A DNA stretch of 63,860 nucleotides, counting the filler, from Klebsormidium nitens (lineage: Eukaryota; Plantae; Klebsormidiophyceae): the NCBI GenBank assembly GCA_000708835.1. It is 5 parts of 5 records of this genome, joined end to end, with 100 filler letters (N's around TTAATTAATTAA, not from the genome) between each part and the next. Parts side by side here need not be neighbours in the genome. Positions count along the whole stretch, not along the records: positions 17,473 to 36,375 come from DF237707.1; positions 36,476 to 52,039 come from DF238051.1; 3 more parts are not named here. One strand, 5' to 3'. A program made the position numbers and the translations under genes. The number at the start of each line of letters is the position of its first letter. The first letter of the stretch is position 1. Below, one piece after another: positions 35,975 through 46,350 of the stretch. Under the pieces are notes generated by a model, which did not search any database, was not told where the DNA came from, and worked only from the letters and a program-made list of their open reading frames with translations.

Positions 35975-38900
35975 GTTGTTGGGCGCTTGCAGGACGCTGG
36001 TTGATTTGGACTGTTTGGAAAGAGAGACACGTGCGGAAGCTGAATGGAAGGCTTTTGCGGGTCTGCTGCAACTGGGCTGTGGACGGGGCTGTGGATTGGC
36101 ACTGCTGAGATCGAGAGCGCGCGGCGCAGGAAATTTGACAGGAACAGAAGGTACTGCCGAAGAAGCAAATTTTGCAGTAGTCTCTAGAGGACTGTCAGCT
36201 ACCTAAAGTCCTGAGCTCTAGAAAGGAGGAATGAGGAGGGCTTGGTGACAATGGATATATATTATATAGGTTTTGTGAGAGAACGGATCGCGTCCGGGGC
36301 ATATGTAATATTGAGAAAGTTACTACTGAATGCATGTAGGAGCTGGCGGCCCAACATGAACTTCGTAATCTCCTTNNNNNNNNNNNNNNNNNNNNNNNNN
36401 NNNNNNNNNNNNNNNNNNNTTAATTAATTAANNNNNNNNNNNNNNNNNNNNNNNNNNNNNNNNNNNNNNNNNNNNAGGCTTGCGCTGGGGGCTAGGGCGA
36501 TGGGGCGCGCGGGTCGCCCGATCATTAGTATCATATCACAGCCTCAGTAGCCTTAGACCGTCCGATGCGCACGTAGGCTGCAATCGTACGGCTTCGGGCC
36601 GGGAGGTGATCGCGACATAATTGTCCTGGCAGCTGCAGCGGTCGATGGAGAACGTGGGACTCCATCGACGGCCAAAATCCTCCAGGCTGTCGCGAGAACG
36701 GTTACTTAAAACTCTTGGCTGTAAATGGGTCGCGCGACATGGAACGGGTGGCAAACCCTAATTGGCTGGGGTAACCTAGGTACTGTATGTGAATCTTAGC
36801 CTCGGAAAGTCTGCACTCCAGATCTGCAGTCGACTCTCAACCCTCATTGGCGTGAATCTAACTTTTAAGGACAATTTCACTGTGGTTCAACTTCATTTCT
36901 CCAAATGTTACCTCTTGAGAGCTATTCCCGCCTCTAGCACTCGAGCATAGCCTCCCATGCCAATCTTGCATCGCTTCAAATGATGCCCGAAAGAGTTGAT
37001 CTTCCCATGGACTATTGGAGGGAGCTTAGACATGAGCTCATTTTGAACGGGAGCACGCGGTTCTGCCTTTGTGGCCATTGTGCATCGGCTTTGATGGAAG
37101 AGAGACTCGAGTTTGGGTGGACCTCGGATGTGGAACCGCTCGTGGACTCGGACGAGGAAGAGGAGTTGTTGAGCGAAGAGTTCATCATGTAGATGCATCA
37201 TCTCTCCCGAGCATTGAAGTTGGGTGAGATATATGAATGCCTCAATCTTTGTTGCTTTGATATAGATGTTGGTTGAGAAGTAGGTATCGGGAAATGCTTT
37301 TTTTCAAAGCAACAAATGCCATCTATGCTCGTAAATGCAACTAACCCGAAGAGGACGATGCATAAGTTGCTCGATGAAACGCTCTTTAAATGTGTTATTT
37401 GGTGAGCATTCCTAGCCAAATGTCTTGAGGATTGTTTATGAGTGAGAGGATAGGTTGATTGCGAGAGTCGTCACCTCCGAGATGCATTTTGTCCATCAAA
37501 TTGCTATGGTAAAACTGGAAAATGCAGGTTAGTTGTAACCTGATTGCTGTGTGCTGGTTAGCCTGCTGGTTTGGGATCTGGTTCTGTGGGTTAGCATAGG
37601 GGAACTGAGGTTATGAGCTGCTGGTTAGCCTAGCTCTGAATGCTGGTTAACTGCTGGTCAATGGTTCTTGAAGCAATTTTGCTCTTGTGTTGAAAGTTCG
37701 ATTGAATATGGTGGTTTCTGCCAGATGCAGGCCTGGTAGAGGGTGGAAGCTGAAGAGTAGGAGCCTCTAGTAGGTAAGAAAGCATGGGCCATATGAAAGC
37801 TTGCATGAAAACATGGTGTCTTATTGGTGGAATCTTGAATGGACCACATTGTTCAAAAAGAGCTGAGCCGTTGGTTGGCATGTTGCTTGGTAGCGTCGTT
37901 CGTTTGCATTGCCGCTGACTGGTGCTAGGGCTAGTGCCGATCAGCCTGACGATTTGCTAGCATCGTTTGCTGCTGCGGTATATTGCAGCGGTGTATTTGC
38001 AGTCATTCAAAAGCTTTGCCAACCTGCCATAGATTTAAATCAAAATCATACTTCCTTTGCAGAAGCGTTGCTCGCTGCGGGGGGTCTGGCTTGATAAGGT
38101 GAGTATTCAATGGTGCATTTTACATGCTCACAGTTTGTTTTTATTAGTTGTGACCTCTTCTCATGTGCACTAACTGGCAACTTCTCTGCTGTGACCGTTG
38201 AAGGCAACTTTGCACGCTATAACTTTCTAAGTTGCCAGCTAGCGATGCGCTGCAACCGCAAAACAATTCCGTTCTGTTATGTGACAATATATTTGTAGTT
38301 TCAAACTGCATGCTGTTCCAATTTGCAGATTGTCTGCCAGCCAACCGTCTGCAAAGCGTGCCGCCAGCCCCCAGCGATATGCCCCCAGCCAGCCCGTCAG
38401 CCAGACTGCCACCTCACCACCTCACCAGGTGGGCGACACATGTCTGCAATGCATTCTTCCTCAACAATCTGCCTCAGTCTGCCTTGCAATCTGCCTCAGC
38501 CATGCGCTTGCATCTTCTGTGCATCCTGTTCGTCTGTTCAACAATTCAACAGATAAACTTCTCTTGTGTTCGTGTTTACAAAACATGACTGTGTCTTGTT
38601 CAATTGTACTCATGTCTTTGTTTCATAGGCAACTAGACAGAATATCATGTTGCTGTGCTTTGTCTCATCATCAAATTGTTAACCAAATTATTGTTCTTTG
38701 GACAGATAGTGAGTGACTGGTTGCCACGTGCCATTCTGTCCGCCTGGTAAGCAGTGGGTCTGCAACCGTGAACGACCCCCTGCCCCCCATCGTGTCCGCT
38801 GCACCTGCAAGCCGTTTGCCCCCTGCCCCCCGCAAGCTGCCGCTCGCCCCCTGCCTGCCTGCCCCTCTGCCCCTGCCAGCTCGCCCCGCCACCCCGCCTC

Positions 38901-39519
38901 CCTGCCAGCCAGCTCGCTCGCCCCAGTGGGTTGCTAAGGTGAGCACCACTGCCCGAGGGGCCAACTCTGTCACTCACTTGCATGCTGTCAAAGGTTTTGT
39001 ATCATTGTGTACGTCACTGTTCTGTTGAGCAAGTTGAGCAAGTGTGTGTTTGCAAGTTGAGCACTCAACGTTGCTATTGTGTGACGAGTTATGAGGTGCT
39101 TGCTTTGGCCTGGAAGTAGATTTAAGAATGATCGGACTGCACAACCAACCGAACCAACTTTCTGAAAGACAAATCGTTGTTCCAGCTCGGCAGCCACCAC
39201 CCACCACCAGCAAGCGTCCCCAGCCAGCCAGCCCTCCACCTGCTATCTGCCATCTGCCACCGCTCTCCGAGGTCCCGGCCGCCAACCGCTGTTACCTATT
39301 CGTTGGCCGCCTGCCGCCACCCGCGCTGTGGATACTGTGTGTGAGGTGAGTATCAACCATTTAAGAAGGATGGTGTGTGGTTCATACAAAAGGTCTATCA
39401 CCGAAAGTCACAGTCCGTCAGGAACGGGTCAACAATCGAATCGACTTTGGATGTGTAAATGCGCTGGTTCGAAAAGAGCAAAACATGGAAGCTTTTTATC
39501 ATGCATTGAGGTCGTCGTA

Positions 39520-39601
39520 GCCCTCGGGCATGGTGCTCGAGTTTGACGGCAGGGGTGTACCCGGCAGTTGCTCGAGGATCAAAAAAAGCAGCGCAAGCTG
39601 T
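39520..39601 (+). ncRNA. Candidate structured RNA motif, copy 1
   Basis: GCC-CUCG-GGC hairpin; CUCGAGU/GCUCGAG stem around the invariant core GACGGCAGGGGUGUACCCGGCAGUUG; CAGC-GCAA-GCUG hairpin. Confidence 0.6.
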
Positions 39602-39908
39602 TGACACCTTTGTGTGGTAACTAACTTCGAAGACTTTAGAGTCGAGATCTTTCTGTCTAGAACTTTAGAGCCGGGGTGTAAAGGATTTTAACCGATCATG
39701 GGGTTAAAAGGCCTGTGGTTTTGGCTTGGGTTTGAAAACTGTGTGGCTTTGGCCTTGGCTTTTTATTCCTTAATTTGGCCTTCGACCTTTGAAAATAATG
39801 GCCTTAGACCACTGTGCGAGTTTATATGTGCCCTTCTGTGAGATGAGATTTTGTGGTAGAGCAAATACTTTGAACGGGTCACAAGTTCTGTGGACAAATG
39901 CCAACGTA

Positions 39909-39990
39909 GCCTTCGGGCACGGTGCTCCGTTCTCGACGGCAGGGGTGTACCCGGCAGTTGAACGACATCAAACAAAGCAGCGCAAGCTGT
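39909..39990 (+). ncRNA. Candidate structured RNA motif, copy 2
   Basis: GCC-UUCG-GGC; CGUUC/GAACG stem; invariant core; CAGC-GCAA-GCUG; outer stem AUGCCAAC/GUUGGCGU. Confidence 0.65.
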
Positions 39991-40108
39991 GTTGGCGTCC
40001 TGCGACTTTTGAGACTCTTTTCGTTATCGTTTTTCGTTCTTAAGTCGAGGTCTCCTAGCACACTCTTGCCCGACGCTAATAGTTGTCATTGCTGTATGTA
40101 CAGGCACG

Positions 40109-42007
40109 ATGCCTGAGAGGGCTGAGGTCGTCGCCATGCTTCTCCGCGTGCTGTGGCTCACCGTGTGTGGCGTCACGCGCCTTGTGCGCATCAACAACAA
40201 CACGACGCGCCGGAAGAAGGACGGCAACCTCATGATGCAGAAGCAGAACTCCCGCAAGGGCTCCGACCAGAGGGTCGCCGAGTTCCTGGGCTGTGACGGC
40301 GCCGTAGTGGTTGGCGTGGAGGTCGTCGGCAACCAGCTGGCGATGTTGCTCCGGAATGCGGGTGGCGAGTTCCGGGTTCTGCGGTGGAACCTGCGGCAGG
40401 GCGGGGCGCTCGACTGGTTCGAGTACGATGACGGCCGTTTCGCCGAGTACCCTGCGAGCTCTGAGCGGCGCAACGCGGCTAACTTCGAGCTCGCCGGCCT
40501 CCACCTCCCCCCCGAGTGGAAGGGCAAGGACATCCGGCTGGTCGAGGTCGATTGCACGTCAACGCCTAACCAAGCGGAGTGGGAGCTGCGCGAAACCTTC
40601 CCAAACCTCGGCAACGTCCCCTTCTCCCCTGCCCCCGGCTGGTTCGCCCGCTACCGGGGAGTCCCCAACATGCTGCTGGACCCGAACGGCTGGGTGGAGG
40701 CGGTCGTTGCCTGCGCGCTCGTCGTCGCCGCCCGCTACCCGGACCGCCCCGTCGTCGTCTGGATCGGGCGCTCGACCGTGTGGGAGGCCACCGGCTTCAA
40801 GAGCAAGGGGGACCTGCTCATCCGCAACTTCATGGCGACAGGGCGCCCGCAGTGCCTGACCATGGGGGAGCTGGTCGCCGACGGTCCGATCGCCGTGATG
40901 CACCTGTGCTGGATCGCGTACCTTTTCCTGTACGAGGAGCTGGCGTATGCCTACTGGTAAGCCATTGCACGTGTCACCTGTGGGTGGTATGGTTTCTCGT
41001 GTGGCATATGCCCTGTCGTTGTCGTGCCTTATGTGAGACAAGCCAAAGGATGTTGCCACCTTCGCACTGCTGTCCGTCAAGGCTCCTCTGACTTTGAACG
41101 TTTCGCTCTAACAATTCACGTTGTGGTTGTCGCAGGTACGATTTGACCAAGTTCAACGCCCCCAAGATCATGAACTATGCCATCAACGTCCTGCTGGTCT
41201 TCCAGAAGAAGGACTGCGTCCAGCTGTATCATGTGAGCTCACCAAGCTTCATCGAGCTTCAGCAAACATCCAATCAATGCTTGCTTTGTGTGGACTTGCG
41301 TGTGACTTTTAGGACGAACTTCGGTTTCTAATACTGCTTCGTTTCCATGTGCGCAGCCTGGCAAGTATCGGCACGACCAATTCTGGGCGCCAAAGGCCGT
41401 GCTCGAGACGGCGGAGTGGAAGCACATGGTGAAGCACTTTGGGTGGAGGGCCAAGCCCCCGTTGGGGGCCAACGCCATCGACGGCTTCTGCGCCAAGGTC
41501 GGCGTGGGCCCCCTCGCTTGGCACCAGCACATCGACGTGGTCAACATTCCAATGGCGAACCGTGCGCTGGACCTGCTCCGGGGCCTTCGCGGGGAGGGAG
41601 GGACGGTGAAGAAGCTGCCCAAGGTGGCGGACCGGCCGGCCATCATTGCTGAGCTCGGACGGGCGCGACGGGAGGAGGAGGCACGGCGGGATGCGGCCGA
41701 GGCGACGGGGGAGTCTTCCGGGGACGAGACCGCCGACGGCCGCGCTGGGTCGGAGTCGGCCGCGGGCCCGAGCGGGAGCGGGCCGAGCGTGTCCGCGGCG
41801 GCGCCGGCGGCCGGGAAGCGCAAGAGGAGGCACAAGAACCGCAAGAACTATGGCAACCGGCTAGAGAGGATCCATGCGTCGTACACGAACGGCACTTGGT
41901 GGCAGCGTGCGCTCGACATAATGAGCGCGCTAGACAGGGACGGGTTGGGTGGGATGTTGCCGGATAAGAAGTTCGAGCTAGCGTTGTCGCACATGCAGAA
42001 GAGTTGA
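40109..42007 (+). CDS. Orphan 3-exon gene, ~531 aa (40109-40956, 41136-41232, 41357-42007), with acidic/basic low-complexity C-terminal region and a possible NLS (KRKRRHK)
   Basis: Long GC3-rich open frames joined by phase-consistent GT-AG introns (TG|G and phase 0). No domain recognised. An acceptor at 40102 suggests an upstream exon. Confidence 0.75.
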
Positions 42008-42058
42008 ATAACACATTGAATTGCAACATCCTGTTATATCGTGATTGTTTCAATTCAA

Positions 42059-42141
42059 GCCCTCGGGCGCGGTACTCTAACTTCGACGGCAGGGGTGTAC
42101 CCGGCAGTTGGTTAGACTCCAAAGCATGCGGCGCGAGCTGT
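42059..42141 (+). ncRNA. Candidate structured RNA motif, copy 3 (about 50 nt after the orphan gene stop codon)
   Basis: GCC-CUCG-GGC; UCUAACU/GGUUAGA stem; invariant core; CGGC-GCGA-GCUG. Confidence 0.6.
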
Positions 42142-42223
42142 AACGTGGCCCATTGCATTCGAAAGTTCGTTGATTCGAGATAATTGTTTGAGGCTTGCTT
42201 CTCTTGATCAAATTGCCGTTGAA

Positions 42224-42306
42224 GCCTTCGGGCGCGGTGCTCCGAGTTTGACGGCAGGGGTGTACCCGGCAGTTGCTCGGCCATCAACGAAAGCAGCGGA
42301 AGCTGT
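42224..42306 (+). ncRNA. Candidate structured RNA motif, copy 4
   Basis: GCC-UUCG-GGC; CCGAGU/GCUCGG stem; invariant core; CAGC-GGAA-GCUG. Confidence 0.65.
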
Positions 42307-42583
42307 CTTGGCATTGATCTTTGAGCGGCAAACGTAGCGCTACCTAAGTGTTTCATTGTGATCAAATAGCAAAGGTATAGAGCTCGTTGAACATACACTC
42401 ATTGAGCGCTTGCAAAGCATCACATTACGCAAAAACGGCCTAGTTTTTCAATGTACAATCGCACACATATGTTCCCAATGTTAGCGACTTTTGTCTAGGC
42501 GCTCTAATAATCGTTCAGTTTCATACCCCTACTGTCTTCGCTATGCAACCAAAACCATCATTATGCGACAAATGATGCATGTC

Positions 42584-42914
42584 TTATATCGTCTTACGAC
42601 TACCAAACTTGCCACGGATAGTCGCCCACCATCTCCTGCATCCTGTGGGCTTGCCAAAGCACCAATTATATCCCTTCTTAGACGTAGCATCGTGCATCTC
42701 TATGTACGACTCCTCGACCGAATTTGCCTCCTGCTTGCTAAGCCCCTCCTGTAGGACCGTCAAATGGAAGAATTCTTTGAAAGGAGCGAATTTCTCCGCA
42801 TCCTTCCGCATCCTAAAAGGAGGACTCTTCGAGTGCGCCCTGAACCTAGCCTTAGGATCCTTGGACTGGCCGATGTACACCCGGCCGTTCACCACGTTCT
42901 TGATCATGTAGACG
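42584..42914 (-). CDS. GIY-YIG endonuclease domain (alternative terminal exon or read-through extension)
   Basis: (S/G)VYMIKNVVNGRVYIGQSKDPKARFRAH...EANSVEESYIEMHDATSKKGYN: GIY-x10-YIG motif, catalytic Arg (R..H), Glu helix and GYN motif. Confidence 0.85.
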
Positions 42915-42928
42915 CTGGTGCCATGTAG

Positions 42929-45367
42929 TCAATCCGCCTTGGACGCCTTCTTGGAGCCGGCCGCCTTCTTGCCGCCGGCCGGCTTCTTGGCGCTTCTGCA
43001 GGGAGAAACAAAGTCGTTTCAGAACTACGTCATGCGATCGAGCGTCTAATCACCAATCAGACAAAGTCCACATTTATTAATCAGGTGTTGAGATCAAACA
43101 TGTCCTGTTCAATTCGATCGGTCAACACGAAGGCCAAAAAACATCCGAAGTGTGCTCGACACAAAGTACCGCCACACGATTGCTTCACAATGGTGCCACA
43201 TGCAGAAGAGCCCGGACCGGAACTCACCCCATGGTCAGCTGGGACAGGGTCAGGTCGTCGTCGATGGGATCGTCGTCCAGCGCCGCCAGGTTCTCGGCGA
43301 CGCTCCCGCCAATGTCGAAGTCGGCCGCGTCGCCCATGTCATCAGCGAAGTAGTCCTCGTCGGGCTCGTCGTCAAAGTTCCTGCAAGCCAACAACNNNNN
43401 NNNNNNNNNNNNNNNNNNNNNNNNNNNNNNNNNNNNNNNNNNNNNNNNNNNNNNNNNNNNNNNNNNNNNNNNNNNNNNNNNNNNNNNNNNNNNNNNNNNN
43501 NNNNNNNNNNNNNNNNNNNNNNNNNNNNNNNNNNNNNNNNNNNNNNNNNNNNNNNNNNNNNNNNNNNNNNNNNNNNNNNNNNNNNNNNNNNNNNNNNNNN
43601 NNNNNNNNNNNNNNNNNNNNNNNNNNNNNNNNNNNNNNNNNNNNNNNNNNNNNNNNNNNNNNNNNNNNNNNNNNNNNNNNNNNNNNNNNNNNNNNNNNNG
43701 GGGGCCAGGGGGGCGTTGCGCTGCAAGCTCGAGAGCAAGCCGGAGCCACATGCAAGCTTGAGATCAAGCTTGAGCCACAAAACACGGTTCCATGTCCTAA
43801 CCAGTCGTCCTCACCTGGGGTCGCGGTTCGCCGGGTCCTCCTGCAGCTTCTCCAGAATGGACTCCGCCTGCTCGTTGGTGAGGTCCTTCCAGTCGTCAGG
43901 CCCGATGCTGTACTCCATGGAGAGACTTGCCGCCTGAAAGAAGAAGCAGACAAAGTTTGAGCAACTAGAAACGACCAGAGCTCAGGACCCCACCAGATTG
44001 CAGCACCTGAGATGCATGTAAGCCGCACATGACCGTTCGTGACAAGCTTGCCTTAGCGCGCGGTGTGAATGGTAGGNNNNNNNNNNNNNNNNNNNNNNNN
44101 NNNNNNNNNNNNNNNNNNNNNNNNNNNNNNNNNNNNNNNNNNNNNNNNNNNNNNNNNNNNNNNNNNNNNNNNNNNNNNNNNNNNNNNNNNNNNNNNNNNN
44201 NNNNNNNNNNNNNNNNNNNNNNNNNNNNNNNNNNNNNNNNNNNNNNNNNNNNNNNNNNNNNNNNNNNNNNNNNNNNNNNNNNNNNNNNNNNNNNNNNNNN
44301 NNNNNNNNNNNNNNNNNNNNNNNNNNNNNNNNNNNNNNNNNNNNNNNNNNNNNNNNNNNNNNNNNNNNNNNNNNNNNNNNNNNNNNNNNNNNNNNNNNNN
44401 NNNNNNNNNNNNNNNNNNNNNNNNNNNNNNNNNNNNNNNNNNNNNNNNNNNNNNNNNNNNNNNNNNNNNNNNNNNNNNNNNNNNNNNNNNNNNNNNNNNN
44501 NNNNNNNNNNNNNNNNNNNNNNNNNNNNNNNNNNNNNNNNNNNNNNNNNNNNNNNNNNNNNNNNNNNNNNNNNNNNNNNNNNNNNNNNNNNNNNNNNNNN
44601 NNNNNNNNNNNNNNNNNNNNNNNNNNNNNNNNNNNNNNNNNNNNNNNNNNNNNNNNNNNNNNNNNNNNNNNNNNNNNNNNNNNNNNNNNNNNNNNNNNNN
44701 NNNNNNNNNNNNNNNNNNNNNNNNNNNNNNNNNNNNNNNNNNNNNNNNNNNNNNNNNNNNNNNNNNNNNNNNNNNNNNNNNNNNNNNNNNNNNNNNNNNN
44801 NNNNNNNNNTTTCGACCACTCACCTGCCACACACGAATTCCGGAGGTGTGGTCGACCCACAGACGGATGGCAGCCTTCTGAGAGATGTTATGGTCGTAGG
44901 CAACGCCGAGCTGGTCCAGGAGCCACTTCAGGTCGCCTGTCGACGGAGAGATGCAATCGATGTTAAAGCGAGCCGTTGCGGGAGGGATACCACTTCACGG
45001 CTAGCGCAACAGGATACCTCGCATGTATGCAGGGCCAAGCAGAGGGATCATAGGCAATGATTCGACACATGGAGTCACTTCACTCACCGGAGGCCGGGTC
45101 CTCGTTGTGCTTGGCGTAGTAGCGCTCCCTGACCTTCTTCTGGTTGGTCAGAAAGTCGTCAACGGACCTCCACCCGCCAGTGAACTTCTTCTTGTACGTG
45201 CTCGGCTTTGCTCCGGTGAGATTTGCCAGCTTGCACTGCTTCTCGTTCAGGACAACAGGTCCGGAGGAGTCACGGCCGCGCTTGCGGTCGTTCCTGTTGG
45301 GAAGCTTCTTCTTGGCCTCCTCCTTGAGCATCGCAAAAAGATTCTTCTGCGTCATCTTGGCGGCCAT
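42929..45367 (-). CDS. Multi-exon gene of unknown function (Lys-rich N-terminus, Asp-rich segment, Lys/Ala tail); exons 45367-45088, 44936-44824, [gap], 43933-43815, 43380-43228, 42995-42929
   Basis: Canonical GTGAG donors and YAG acceptors with consistent phases. Two N gaps may hide further exons. Confidence 0.65.
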
Positions 45368-45542
45368 CTGCAGAGTATCAAAGGGGGTTTAGAACAATGG
45401 ATACATGTAAAGAACACTCCAGACGGCAAGCCCCCTATGTTGAGCCAAGTATGCAACGCACAATCTTCATAGAGCAATGGACCTTCTAGAATTTCCAATA
45501 CTTGTCTGTTCAATACGTCTTGTTCGAAAATGCTTCTATCAA

Positions 45543-45850
45543 TCAGCCGACGTCCTCAACATCGCTCTCTACAGGTCCTGCACCAGGGGCCTCCACTGCT
45601 TTGTTGCTTGCAATCGCGTACTGCAGAGCATTGTCAACGATCTCCTGAAGCTGCTCGTTCTCCCTACAAAGCGCCGCATTCTCTACCATGAGGTTCTGAA
45701 CCTTCTTCTCGCTCTTATCCAATGCCTGCTGAAGCTGGTGCCTACGACTTTCCAACTCTTGTAACAGACAAGCGGCCGTCTTAACGTCCTCCACCACTGA
45801 AAGCATATGCTCGTGAAGACACTGCCCCATTTTATCAGAGCTCCTATCCA
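45543..45850 (-). CDS. Coiled-coil protein fragment (3' part of an ORF; 5' part is in the gap)
   Basis: LQELESRRHQLQQALDKSEKKVQNLMVENAALCRENEQLQEIV heptad pattern. It is joined to the helicase ORF only through Ns. Confidence 0.45.
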
Positions 45851-46350
45851 CNNNNNNNNNNNNNNNNNNNNNNNNNNNNNNNNNNNNNNNNNNNNNNNNN
45901 NNNNNNNNNNNNNNNNNNNNNNNNNNNNNNNNNNNNNNNNNNNNNNNNNNNNNNNNNNNNNNNNNNNNNNNNNNNNNNNNNNNNNNNNNNNNNNNNNNNN
46001 NNNNNNNNNNNNNNNNNNNNNNNNNNNNNNNNNNNNNNNNNNNNNNNNNNNNNNNNNNNNNNNNNNNNNNNNNNNNNNNNNNNNNNNNNNNNNNNNNNNN
46101 NNNNNNNNNNNNNNNNNNNNNNNNNNNNNNNNNNNNNNNNNNNNNNNNNNNNNNNNNNNNNNNNNNNNNNNNNNNNNNNNNNNNNNNNNNNNNNNNNNNN
46201 NNNNNNNNNNNNNNNNNNNNNNNNNNNNNNNNNNNNNNNNNNNNNNNNNNNNNNNNNNNNNNNNNNNNNNNNNNNNNNNNNNNNNNNNNNNNNNNNNNNN
46301 NNNNNNNNNNNNNNNNNNNNNNNNNNNNNNNNNNNNNNNNNNNNNNNNNN

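Noticed and set aside
36980-37192. 70-aa ORF with CLCGHC and an acidic tail
   Set aside because: Protein-like but short, with no recognisable family or supportable splice partners; left unannotated.
38300-39330. Pro/Ala-rich ORFs in CCAGCC/CTGCC-rich DNA
   Set aside because: Low-complexity sequence open in several frames; no coding evidence.
42059-42306. Motif copies 3 and 4 read on the minus strand as SECIS elements recoding the TGA before GIY-YIG
   Set aside because: No consistent UGAN/NGAN quartet or apical AA across copies; G-U pairs and tetraloops favour the plus strand; a Sec upstream of the GIY motif has no catalytic rationale.
39520-42306. Motif as a CRISPR repeat, hammerhead, TPP riboswitch, H/ACA snoRNA or integron attC
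   Set aside because: Spacing is irregular (389, 2150, 165 bp). There is no CUGAnGA, no CUGAGA/ACCUG, no conserved ACA box, and RYYYAAC/GTTRRRY is approached in one copy only. The peptide QLPGTPLPS on the minus strand is a by-product of the invariant core.
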